DNA of 64,000 nt, from the IMG/VR virus record IMGVR_UViG_3300014043_000231. One strand, given 5' to 3'. A program made the translations under genes and the position numbers. Each line of letters begins with the position of its first letter. Position 1 is the stretch's first letter. The notes beneath the pieces are model-generated. The model searched no databases, was not told the origin of the DNA, and worked only from the letters and a program-made list of their open reading frames with translations. Below, one piece after another: positions 50,457-60,446 of the stretch. The stretch is from an uncultured virus (IMG/VR IMGVR_UViG_3300014043_000231) (taxonomy: Duplodnaviria; Heunggongvirae; Uroviricota; Caudoviricetes).

Positions 50457-50559
50457 TAAATCATCATCCGTGAAACCTGAATATCATTTGACTTTTAATC
50501 AAATTTTTGTTATCATTGAATGCAAACGCATACTGTCATGTTGAAAGGATTCAATTATT

Positions 50560-50865
50560 ATGACTGATTTGAAACTGACCGTCGGTAAGCATTCATGGTA
50601 TGGTAATACGGATAAGCCATTTGACGCGGTTGTCGCATTCATGCAATCGGATTTGGATGATTATCAGAATGCATATGATGATAAGCATTTACATGATAAG
50701 GAAACGGATGAATCATATGAGATTGTTTTCAATGAATTCATGCTGGATGATTTGATTGATTTCACGGCATGCTGGTTCGGGTTCAACGCTGGTGACATCA
50801 CTGAAATCAATGCCCATGCTGATGAGAATGGCAATGTGAACGCCGTTCTCATTATTGATCGATAA
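50560..50865 (+). CDS. hypothetical acidic protein
   Basis: AAAGGA RBS; upstream TTGACT...TATCAT promoter. Confidence 0.7.
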   Translation: MTDLKLTVGKHSWYGNTDKPFDAVVAFMQSDLDDYQNAYDDKHLHDKETDESYEIVFNEFMLDDLIDFTACWFGFNAGDITEINAHADENGNVNAVLIIDR

Positions 50866-51067
50866 GAATGTGAGATATGATAACATTATGAGAATGATTG
50901 ATTTGTTGAAACGCCTGTTCACTCATGAATGCATTGATTGCAATGCGAATGCACGGCATCATTGTGATTATTGCGGCAACTGGTATTGTGATGAGCATTA
51001 TGATTCGAACAGCGGCATGTGCAAGCATGAAACCATTGACACCGTGATTGACCGCATGTTATGGTGA
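50855..51067 (+). CDS. small Cys/His-rich zinc-finger protein
   Basis: CIDC...CDYCGNWYCDEH...C; true start probably downstream. Confidence 0.6.
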   Translation: MIDKNVRYDNIMRMIDLLKRLFTHECIDCNANARHHCDYCGNWYCDEHYDSNSGMCKHETIDTVIDRMLW

Positions 51068-51070
51068 ATC

Positions 51071-51538
51071 ATGACTGATTTCAAATTGGATACAGATGCG
51101 CTCATAAGCAAGGCGCATGAAACAGGGGTATTATGTAAGGTATTATGTAATCCGACTGATGATTATGCGTTGCAATACGCGCATAGGTTGAAAGGCATTG
51201 ATGCCGAGGGCATGTTCAACATGTATGAAATGGAATCAGATTATGAAATGGAATCGGATTACTGGGGCAGGAAATTAGTTTTTATCATTGAGCGGTTCAT
51301 CAGGAACGGCTTCTATAAGGAGAATGCAATCATCGCATATGTTCTAATTGGCATGCTCATGAATGGAATCAATGAGCATATTTATGATCAGGATGATTCA
51401 ACCGGCGAGGATACTGTTCATGATGACATTAATTATCATGATATCGCCGCTGGTTTGCATGCGCTCATTGAACACATGCCATTGGAATACGCTATTCAAT
51501 GCGCCATCATTGTTTATGATGCGCATGATAGGCAATAA
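51071..51538 (+). CDS. hypothetical protein with C-terminal MPLEY motif
   Basis: Contains an 18-nt tandem duplication (YEMESD x2). Confidence 0.7.
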   Translation: MTDFKLDTDALISKAHETGVLCKVLCNPTDDYALQYAHRLKGIDAEGMFNMYEMESDYEMESDYWGRKLVFIIERFIRNGFYKENAIIAYVLIGMLMNGINEHIYDQDDSTGEDTVHDDINYHDIAAGLHALIEHMPLEYAIQCAIIVYDAHDRQ

Positions 51539-51545
51539 TCTTACG

Positions 51546-52463
51546 TTAGTTTTTTGCCAGTTGGAATTCCATGAGCATGTTCTGATAAGCATATTCAAAA
51601 GGATAGCCTGATGACATGAGATGAATGAAATGTTTCACATGTTCAATTGGAATGACGCCATTGTTCTCATCATACACATACCTGTCAAAAATGTCATCAT
51701 TATTCTCATTGCATCTTATGATGAATTCAATGAGCGCACAACCGGATGAATCATTGGATTCATGGAATAATCGCTCTTGCATTTTCTCATCCGTTTTAGC
51801 ATCCTCCGGAATATTATTCATGAGCGTTTCCAGTTCTTGCCAATCATTAACAGTGATGTCATTTGTTTTCAGCCATGATTTCACGGCATTATCATATTTA
51901 ACATAATCATTCCATTGTTTCCTGTTCCTGACACCATCATAACCGAAATCAGCATACAGCATGAACAGTTCATTCCTGCCATCAAATGATGTTTTCCCTG
52001 ATTGCATGATTGCATTGAGAACATCATAACGTTCCGGTATATGATCAGGATAAGCAGTGTTCAACAGGATTGACATGCTTGTTCCCATATCATCATCCGA
52101 ATACCATGATGAACCATGCTCATCCGCATGTTCACGCGCTGTCATTATCATTTCATATTCCCTCATGTTGTTCCATGCGTTCAATGATAGCATGTTAATT
52201 GTCCGTGTAATGTCATCAACAGTGTAATCATGTTTCGTTTTAATGAACACGGGCGCGGATGGATTATGATTCCATAGTTTATCCATGCTGGTTTCAATGA
52301 ATGCATCCGCGTAACTATCATTCAATGGATATCGCATCATTGTATAATCACGCGCTTCGGACAGCATGCATGTGGATGTTTCCACGGCATACATGTATTT
52401 CCTGATATCAGGTGAACGCCGGGCATTCATTATCTCATTAATAACATCATTCCATGATTCCAT
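51546..52463 (-). CDS. hypothetical protein with C-terminal YPFEY motif
   Basis: 305 aa, leaderless promoter. Confidence 0.75.
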   Translation of the reverse strand: MESWNDVINEIMNARRSPDIRKYMYAVETSTCMLSEARDYTMMRYPLNDSYADAFIETSMDKLWNHNPSAPVFIKTKHDYTVDDITRTINMLSLNAWNNMREYEMIMTAREHADEHGSSWYSDDDMGTSMSILLNTAYPDHIPERYDVLNAIMQSGKTSFDGRNELFMLYADFGYDGVRNRKQWNDYVKYDNAVKSWLKTNDITVNDWQELETLMNNIPEDAKTDEKMQERLFHESNDSSGCALIEFIIRCNENNDDIFDRYVYDENNGVIPIEHVKHFIHLMSSGYPFEYAYQNMLMEFQLAKN

Positions 52464-52546
52464 GTGTTCAATGATAGCATGTTATCTGGTTATTTCACAG
52501 ATTCCATATGACATGTGATAGTATTGTATTATAGTTTTGTCCCATC

Positions 52547-52783
52547 ATGGAGGTTAATATTATGAGTGCTAAAACTCTTATCATTCTGGATATCGCGGCG
52601 TTCATCATCACATTGTGCCTGCTCGGAATGATGCTGATTCCAGCGGTTCCTGATTTCATGCGTGCAATAGCTGGCATAGCAGGTATTCTCATTTCATCCG
52701 GCGCATGCATTGCATCCCGTGCGTTCAAGGATAATGCTGAACGTGAGGAACAGGACGCCGAATGTTTCGCGAAAAGGGTTTGA
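52547..52783 (+). CDS. small membrane protein
   Basis: Two TM helices; GGAGG RBS before ATG 52562. Confidence 0.65.
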   Translation: MEVNIMSAKTLIILDIAAFIITLCLLGMMLIPAVPDFMRAIAGIAGILISSGACIASRAFKDNAEREEQDAECFAKRV

Positions 52784-52789
52784 TGCGGC

Positions 52790-53194
52790 ATGAATGAGAA
52801 TAATTCTTGCATTCAATATGATCATGGTGTGAAAGTATCATGGCAGAATTGGCTTGCATACGCACTACTGCTTGCGATTGTCATCATTCGCATGCTCGGC
52901 ATTCATGATGTGATACCTGATATACTTGATTCGGAAACCGGTTTAATGAGCATAGTGAACCTGTTGTTTTCATGTGTCGCTGGATGGCAACTCGGTGGAT
53001 GCATTGTGAACATACGCACGCAATTGATTATCAAAGCAGGATTCAGACAATTCAACATACAATCATCGGAAACACAAGCGAAAATGATTGATGGTTTGAA
53101 ACAAGGAATCATCACCGCAATGCCATACCGGTTGATTCAGATAATCGCGTTTCTCATACTGTGCATCGACGCGCTCGTCGCATTGTTCATATGA
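52790..53194 (+). CDS. membrane protein
   Basis: Three hydrophobic helices. Confidence 0.65.
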   Translation: MNENNSCIQYDHGVKVSWQNWLAYALLLAIVIIRMLGIHDVIPDILDSETGLMSIVNLLFSCVAGWQLGGCIVNIRTQLIIKAGFRQFNIQSSETQAKMIDGLKQGIITAMPYRLIQIIAFLILCIDALVALFI

Positions 53195-53305
53195 TGAACG
53201 CATGGGGACAAAAAACTCAAATAATTCAATGATGGCATTGTTGGCATTCAGTGTCATCATTTTTTGTATTCATATCATGATTGTTTATTTAATTGAAAAA
53301 CGCTA

Positions 53306-53437
53306 ATTTCGATTCTGGCGGCGATTTTATGCATTTCATGAGCCACATATCGAAAACAGGGTTTACCGGGATTCTGGTTAAAACAGCCGTCCACAGAGTA
53401 TGTAATCTTGCGCTCTGTGGACGGCATCGATTTTCAC
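53306..53437 (+). repeat. ~134-bp dispersed structured repeat, copy B
   Basis: atttcgattctggcggcgatttt...atcgaaaacagggtttacc...gccgtccacagag...ctctgtggacggcatcgattttcac. Confidence 0.85.
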
Positions 53438-53639
53438 GAAAAAACAATTCCTAATTTTTCCATGAAATCATGCCATTTTTTATGAAATGTCAGAAATCCA
53501 TGGAAAATCGTATTCTGAAATAATGTATTCATGATTGTGCTCATATGCCTATGGAATAAAATTGCGGCTCGCTTATTTTTGACAAGACTGTGATTACATG
53601 TTATCATGTGAACATTAAATGGATTAATTCAGGAGGTTT

Positions 53640-54263
53640 TTGATGATTCGCATTCGTGCGGGGCTTGTGAGCATTGATGGAATCCGGGAACAATACGAGT
53701 ATTCCCGTGAACTGGTGGAGAAACAGCATGTTCATCATACTTATTTTGATTACAAACCCGGCATCGCGTATCAATTGGAATCCTTGAAAATCCAATGTTT
53801 CATGGAAAATGGATGTAAATGTGAGCATTGCGGTTTACAAGGTGCGTATTTCGCAGTGGAATCAGCGCAAATCAACAAGCATAAGAAACGTGATTTGCGG
53901 ACACGCGCATGGTTGGAAACCGGTAATCCGTCAAGCACATTGAACTTGAATGCAATGAATACAAAAGGCGTCATTAACTGGTGTGTTAACCTGTATGCGA
54001 TTGATAATGACGGCAATGAGGTTATCATGACTCGTGATCATATTGTTCCACGTTCAAAATGCGGCAGGGATTCACTGCGTAATCTGCAAACATTATGCGG
54101 ATGGTGTAATGTCGCGAAAGATGATGTCTTGCCTGATTTGCCATTCGTGGACATGCTGAACATGGTGAAAGTGAGTGCCCGTGATGAATTCGCTCATTTG
54201 TACGCAATGGAAATGGCTGCATTGTATCCATTGAACGCAAATAACATGTCGCTCACCGCATAA
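53640..54263 (+). CDS. HNH endonuclease
   Basis: CEHCG...MTRDHIVPRSKCGRDSLRNLQTLCGWCNVAK. Confidence 0.88.
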   Translation: MMIRIRAGLVSIDGIREQYEYSRELVEKQHVHHTYFDYKPGIAYQLESLKIQCFMENGCKCEHCGLQGAYFAVESAQINKHKKRDLRTRAWLETGNPSSTLNLNAMNTKGVINWCVNLYAIDNDGNEVIMTRDHIVPRSKCGRDSLRNLQTLCGWCNVAKDDVLPDLPFVDMLNMVKVSARDEFAHLYAMEMAALYPLNANNMSLTA

Positions 54264-54322
54264 AAACAAAAACGCATGATTTTATGAAAATCCGCATGGA
54301 ATCATGCGTTTTGGCATATTTG

Positions 54323-54391
54323 TTGACCAAATCTGCCGCGCATGCCCCCTGCTTGAAAGCAGGGGAGGGGTCAAGCGACAGCAGAATAAGC
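54323..54391 (+). mobile_element. IS200/IS605 left-end remnant
   Basis: TTGAC target-like motif, then caaatctgccgc and hairpin cccctgcttgaaagcagggg. Confidence 0.7.
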
Positions 54392-54547
54392 AGAATGCGA
54401 CAACCATCATGAGAGGAGTTGATTAACCTGTAATCATATGATAACATGGTTAGCACTTAATTAACCAATGGAAGGAGCAACACATGAGTCAGAGGGCGTG
54501 TTCATGGTCATACTTACATTGGTCAGCTGAAAAGAACATGGAATAGG

Positions 54548-55333
54548 ATGATAATGATGAGTGAATTCACTGTCAGCACTGCGAACATTCAAACCACGAC
54601 AGGTATTATCCATGATTACATGCAAGCATATATCGCAGGCGTGGATAAAACAGATAAGCTATCCTATTTGCATAATTGTCGAATGATTGGCATTCCAATA
54701 CCGGATAGTACAGTGAAATATTCCGGGGCATTCAATAAACTGGATATCCGCATCCCGGATATCACGGACTGGCATATAATGTTCACAACTGATGATATGA
54801 ACTCAATCAGTGAACTGGAACCATTAACCAGAGCATTGAATAAAGCGCATACTGTCAATGCTGACATTATGAATGCATTGAACGCGAATAAAACGCTTCC
54901 CATTCTGACGATTCGGCTGATGGCTTTATATTTCGCCATCAGGAATCTAATGCGTTCAAATGATTACACTGAGAATAACAGGAGCATTGTCATTCCGATT
55001 GTGAATCAACTCGCCATGTTCATTAATGATACTGCGGATATGCTCATTGATGAACCTCCGGAAGTCAATGTTCAGAATGCCGGTGCTCTTGCGCTCACGG
55101 AAGCGGCAGGAACGGTTTCATCAGTAAATGCTTACACTGATTTCAATGAACCCATGCCATTGGATGAAAGCGGAATGGATTTATCATATTTCATCATTAA
55201 TGAAACACCATTCCATGAACCGGCAATTAACGCTAATACTATTAGTCAAACCGATGACAATGCATCCAATGAGAATAATAAAGCCGATGGAGGTAATGTG
55301 AACATGACGGATCGTGGTTATCTGTTCAAATGA
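54548..55333 (+). CDS. hypothetical protein
   Basis: 261-aa ORF. Confidence 0.7.
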   Translation: MIMMSEFTVSTANIQTTTGIIHDYMQAYIAGVDKTDKLSYLHNCRMIGIPIPDSTVKYSGAFNKLDIRIPDITDWHIMFTTDDMNSISELEPLTRALNKAHTVNADIMNALNANKTLPILTIRLMALYFAIRNLMRSNDYTENNRSIVIPIVNQLAMFINDTADMLIDEPPEVNVQNAGALALTEAAGTVSSVNAYTDFNEPMPLDESGMDLSYFIINETPFHEPAINANTISQTDDNASNENNKADGGNVNMTDRGYLFK

Positions 55334-55351
55334 CGCTATCATTGAATACAT

Positions 55352-55413
55352 GAACCCAATGGGAAAGGTGCCGATGCTGGCCTTCCCCCGGTTATCCGTG
55401 GAGAGGGAGTCAA
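55352..55413 (+). mobile_element. degenerate IS200/IS605 right-end remnant
   Basis: gaaccca...tcccccggttatccgtggagagggagtcaa, similar to the 63232-63286 end. Confidence 0.5.
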
Positions 55414-56105
55414 AAACATATGCTGGCATGGATGAAAACGGAACCTGATAATTATAACGTTGCACGGATTGAACGCAAAAAATGAATGCATGTCATCATG
55501 GTTCGCATCACATCTCATGCAGAACAGGAAAGCTGGTCTTCTCATGCGACGCATTGGTTGGCGGAACATGATGATTATTGCGGTAGGATTTAAGAATCAT
55601 GAATTCAATGATGATAGCGTTCAATATGTGAATCATGGAATATCCTCATTCCAACGTATTCACATGACCGGTAACTGGTTATATGATTGCATAATGCGTG
55701 CATGTGAACATGATGATGACATTTGATGATGCATGTAATGGAATAACTGATTTAATCAGCGCGATTATAATCGCTCGGCCATCATTGCCGAAAGGCGTTA
55801 TCACTGCTGATTGTATAAGTGAGAATATGATGCATCCAATTGAATTCAACATTGAACAATTAAAAACCATGAGCATTCAGGAACCGGATGATAATGATAA
55901 TTAATCAAATTTTTTCTAAAATAATAAATGCCGATGGAATAATAGTTTTTATCGGCATTCCTCATATTATCATATATTGTTCATATTAATGTTATCATTC
56001 ATTCAATGATTCCAATATATTCACGTTAATTTGTTTAATGCTGACAGCGCCATCATTTTAATTCACTGATGAAATGCCATGCTTCTTCTTATATGATTTT
56101 TAATA

Positions 56106-56483
56106 TCATAGGAACAGGATGAGAATCATTATGATGACTGGAATGATGATTCCAATGAACATATATGAGAGCACTGCGAACCGCATGCCTTTAATATAAT
56201 CATCCATGTTCTTATCACGTTCATCCAGCATATTCTGATAATCCTGTAAGCATGCATCCAATTCCTGTGCGTTCATGCTTGTCCCGCCGTGCTGTTCAAG
56301 CCATTCTCTAATTGATGGCAATGATGGTAATGGATTCACATAAGATAGTTTATCAGCATGATAATCACCAGTGAGAATACGACGCATTGAACGCATGTTA
56401 ACATGCCATCCATGTTTGAACCATGAATCAGTCATTATCATCCTTATCATCCGCGCTATCATAACCATCATGCATATCATCAT
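56106..56483 (-). CDS. hypothetical protein with C-terminal TM helix
   Basis: True start probably near MTDSW. Confidence 0.55.
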   Translation of the reverse strand: MMICMMVMIARMIRMIMTDSWFKHGWHVNMRSMRRILTGDYHADKLSYVNPLPSLPSIREWLEQHGGTSMNAQELDACLQDYQNMLDERDKNMDDYIKGMRFAVLSYMFIGIIIPVIIMILILFL

Positions 56484-57124
56484 CGGGAATCATATGAATG
56501 TTCTTATCATCAAACGGCATGCCAATCATCTTCCTTGAAATCAATGTTAACATTATTCTATCATAATTTGCGCATGAATGCAAATCATATCAGTATGCCG
56601 TTCCGGTGATTATCCGTGTTCGTGGATACGCCATTGCCTTGAATCATTGTTTACAAGTGAGTCCATCAGCGCCGATACGATTGTAATGAAAACATTAACC
56701 ATTGCTTTCGATTATAAGCCATGTTTGCTTTTCAAAACCGCTATCAATGAATGATATTATGCGAATTTTGTTTTCATTGTCCGTAATGTATTTCGAAGCG
56801 TTAAATCCATGATTCCGGCATAAGCGTTTGGCATTGGAATAATCATGATGGTTCGTGTTCTGGTTTTCAATACTGGAATCATGAGAATCAAACCGGTTAT
56901 CAGCATTACGGTAAATGAAATGAATCCGATTGTGCATGTAATAAGCGCCACCGCGTCATATTTGCATCAATTTGAAAATCAAATGACATATGATTGTGAT
57001 AACAAATGAACCGGCGCATGCAAGTGATAGAATGATGTCCAATCCACATTCACTTGTTTCACCGGTTCGTCATTATCCGCATTATTCCCACCGGTTTCAG
57101 TCATGCCGGTGAATATCAATGTAT

Positions 57125-58024
57125 TCAATTATTCGCATTGAATTTACCAGTGCTGTAATCAATGGTGTAACCATAAGCGGTGTTGAACACTTCCACATGC
57201 TGATTAATGCTTCCATCGGATGTTTTAATGTCAACGAACACGCTGCGAGGCATGATTTCATTGCCATCATACACTGGCGTCGCGACATACTGGATTGTTC
57301 CATTCGGATTCTTATCCAGCCAGTCGCGTGCAATGGTTTCAGTGTAAGCCATGCCGCCAGGATTCGATGAATCATTCATGCCGACATTCTGCATTCGAGT
57401 GCCGTTAACAAGGTTTTCAAGCTCATCCTTACCACCCAGCGATTTTGCGATCATGTGCGAACGATTATAGAAATAACCATGATACGCCTTATCACCCGCA
57501 TGAGTGGATTGGATTTCCACACGCTTATTATTACCGGTGTAACCGGCAGGATCGGGCAAATCAGCGCGTTTGCGTTCACTGCCTTCATCACGCATTTTCT
57601 TATTAATGAGTGCGCTTGCGCGCCCCGGGCGACCCAGTGAATCCAGTCCAGTATAATTCACGCCCGGAGTGGATGGGGCGGTATCCAATGCCTCCTGAAC
57701 CGCTTGCCCTGCGATCTGATAATAATCAGGTTCAGCGGATGCATCCCATGTGGTTGCAGTGTAATTACCGACTGCCTGCGCGCCGTTCAGATTCGGTTCT
57801 GATGGAACCTGTTGCGTGTTATCATTATCATCAGTGTATTCATGGATTTTATTTTTCGCTTTATCCCAGAGCGAACCGGCGATATCCTTGGCCTTATCCT
57901 TGATTTCACTGTTATTCGCCGGTTCGCTGGAAGTGTCAGCCGCCTGTTCACTGGAACATGCGGACATTGTAAACATCATGAGTCCCGCGATTGACGCGGC
58001 GATAATCTTATTGAATTTCATCAT
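57125..58024 (-). CDS. lipoprotein DNA/RNA non-specific endonuclease (EndA/streptodornase-like)
   Basis: Lipobox MSAC; LDSLGRPG, YNRSHMIAKSLGG, NLVNGTRMQN, GGMAYTE, Y.ATPVY.GNE..PR. Confidence 0.9.
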   Translation of the reverse strand: MMKFNKIIAASIAGLMMFTMSACSSEQAADTSSEPANNSEIKDKAKDIAGSLWDKAKNKIHEYTDDNDNTQQVPSEPNLNGAQAVGNYTATTWDASAEPDYYQIAGQAVQEALDTAPSTPGVNYTGLDSLGRPGRASALINKKMRDEGSERKRADLPDPAGYTGNNKRVEIQSTHAGDKAYHGYFYNRSHMIAKSLGGKDELENLVNGTRMQNVGMNDSSNPGGMAYTETIARDWLDKNPNGTIQYVATPVYDGNEIMPRSVFVDIKTSDGSINQHVEVFNTAYGYTIDYSTGKFNANN

Positions 58025-58185
58025 GCTTTTATTATATCAAAATGATAATATGATTTCAAATCATCGGCGTGTCATGAACGCAGCGAAAGACACGCATGAA
58101 TCATGAAATAAGCAGAATGAAAAAATCGACATGTCGCTATTATGACTAATTGACTATTATTGTATTCAATGATAACATTGATAAT

Positions 58186-59178
58186 ATGAAAATGTATCAT
58201 ATTGATTATAAATCATCAAATGACCGGATGGCGTATGTGAAATCCTTATCCGATGATTACAGGAAAATCAATCTTCCAATCACGGGACGCAAACCATCAT
58301 TGAATTCATTTATGATGCGTGAACTGAACTCTGAAATCACAGGCGAACCATTATTTGATGATGGTTCATTGCATTCAATCAATCATCCAGCCGCATTGAA
58401 AGGCATCATGAACAGCATGATGGACACGTTCAATCAGATGGACATGCATGATGATGTTTTCAATAACATGTTCCACGATGCTAATTGGATTGAATCATCA
58501 TTGAAATCATTGGATGAGACTGATTATGATGCAATCATCATGTCTGACATGAACGCATTGAACAAACATGGTTCGAATCCCATTGATAACATTGATGACA
58601 GGGATTACACCATGAATAATTACAATACAATCAGAGTGAAATCCAATGGGACGTATTACATTATTAAAACATGCGGTTCACGTGTCGGTTTCTATTCATT
58701 GACAACGGATAACGCTGAATACATGATTACAGCACCATTGGATTTCATCATCCATCTGCTGAATGCCGATAATGTTGATAACATGAATTCATTCATTTCT
58801 GATTATCTTTCGGGTCATGATGAACTCAATGCGAAAATCATGGAATCAAATAAGGGTTATGATGTTTCCAGGAACGCCAGTATTGATTCCGCATGGGATG
58901 GGTTCATTGACCGCATGGATAGGTTCACGATAAAATATAAGAACATGAATGCGAATGATATGACTCGGGATGATGCTAATGAAATCATCGCGAATGTTCG
59001 TGAATTACATGATGATTATGGAACATTCACTGAACATAATAGTATTCCCGCTGAAATAAGCAATGACATTGTTTCAGTTATTTATGGTTTATACGCTTTA
59101 TATAAGAATCATATTATGACGCAATCCGATTTCAACGCGACGCGCCAGAAACTATTGCTTATGGCGCGTAAACATTGA
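58186..59178 (+). CDS. hypothetical protein
   Basis: TTGACT-N17-TAACAT-N7-ATG leaderless start. Confidence 0.7.
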   Translation: MKMYHIDYKSSNDRMAYVKSLSDDYRKINLPITGRKPSLNSFMMRELNSEITGEPLFDDGSLHSINHPAALKGIMNSMMDTFNQMDMHDDVFNNMFHDANWIESSLKSLDETDYDAIIMSDMNALNKHGSNPIDNIDDRDYTMNNYNTIRVKSNGTYYIIKTCGSRVGFYSLTTDNAEYMITAPLDFIIHLLNADNVDNMNSFISDYLSGHDELNAKIMESNKGYDVSRNASIDSAWDGFIDRMDRFTIKYKNMNANDMTRDDANEIIANVRELHDDYGTFTEHNSIPAEISNDIVSVIYGLYALYKNHIMTQSDFNATRQKLLLMARKH

Positions 59179-59241
59179 CAGGGAACAATAATAATAGTAT
59201 AATGATGATTACAATTGTCAACATTGGAAAACAGGAATAAT

Positions 59242-60339
59242 ATGGAACGGAATATGAGTTTGAACGTTAATGATCATAACACTGCTGTCCCTGCTGGTTA
59301 CAATAGTGAGACAGCGCGGAACATCGCTGAGCAGATTGGTTTCATGTTCGCTAATGAAAGCGTCATCAGAACCGCTGTTAAGGAAGCCGCTAAACGATTG
59401 AAAGCAGAGGAAGGTTTTGACACCACTAAACATGTGATCATTAACCCGGATGGCACGGAAAAGGATAGTATCAATGATATTGTGCCCGCCGCGTTTGATT
59501 ACATCATGAATCTTGTGAATATGAATGAACCTGTTTACATGTATGGTCCAACTGGTTCCGGTAAAAGCGAAACCGCTAAAATGATTGCGAATGCACTTGG
59601 TTTGGATTTTTACATGATGAACAGTGTTACCGATGAATATAAACTCACTGGTTTCATGGATGCCAATGGTGTGTATCATTCAAGTTCATTCCGTGATGCT
59701 TTCGAGAACGGCGGTTTGTTCCTATTGGATGAATTGGATGCATCTAGCCCTGATGTTCTCATTGCATTGAACATGGCTATCGCGAACGGATGGTTCATGT
59801 TCCCGGATGGACGCAGGACAGCACATGAGAAATTCCGCGTGATTGCAACCGGTAACACTTCCGGTTCCGGCGCTGATGAATCATACACTGGACGTAATCG
59901 TTTGGATGCGGCAACATTGAACCGTTTCGCAATGGTTCCAGTTGGTTATGATGATCGCATTGACCGTTCATGCGCTGGCGGAGACACAGAACTTGTTGAT
60001 TTCATCCATGCTTATCGTAAGGCAGCGGATAAAGCTGAGGTTAATTCACCTGCATCCTATCGTGATATTCGCCGTATCCGTGCCGCCATGCGAATCACTG
60101 ATGATAAGGATTACATTCTGAACACATGTTTGATTCGTGGACTTGACCCGGATGAACTGCATCAGATTATCCGTGTAATTAAACATTCCGATGATAACAC
60201 ATGGATTCATGCGCTCATTGACATTGACGGTAAGAACGGTTTCAAACCGGAGCAGAATCAGAATAAGAAACTGAATGCAGTCAATCAGAACCAGTATAAT
60301 GGTTATGTGCAAGTTGATGATTATGGTTATCCACGATGA
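59242..60339 (+). CDS. MoxR/CobS-like AAA+ ATPase
   Basis: GPTGSGKS, FLLDELDAS, HEKFRVIATGNT, GRNRLDAATLNRF. Confidence 0.9.
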   Translation: MERNMSLNVNDHNTAVPAGYNSETARNIAEQIGFMFANESVIRTAVKEAAKRLKAEEGFDTTKHVIINPDGTEKDSINDIVPAAFDYIMNLVNMNEPVYMYGPTGSGKSETAKMIANALGLDFYMMNSVTDEYKLTGFMDANGVYHSSSFRDAFENGGLFLLDELDASSPDVLIALNMAIANGWFMFPDGRRTAHEKFRVIATGNTSGSGADESYTGRNRLDAATLNRFAMVPVGYDDRIDRSCAGGDTELVDFIHAYRKAADKAEVNSPASYRDIRRIRAAMRITDDKDYILNTCLIRGLDPDELHQIIRVIKHSDDNTWIHALIDIDGKNGFKPEQNQNKKLNAVNQNQYNGYVQVDDYGYPR

Positions 60340-60446
60340 TTGAATGATAATGAATATTATGTTAAACTGAATAATGGGAAATAATCTGAGCGCATTGCAT
60401 TCAATCATGTTATCAATGCGCTCATAAAATATTGATTGGATGTTGG

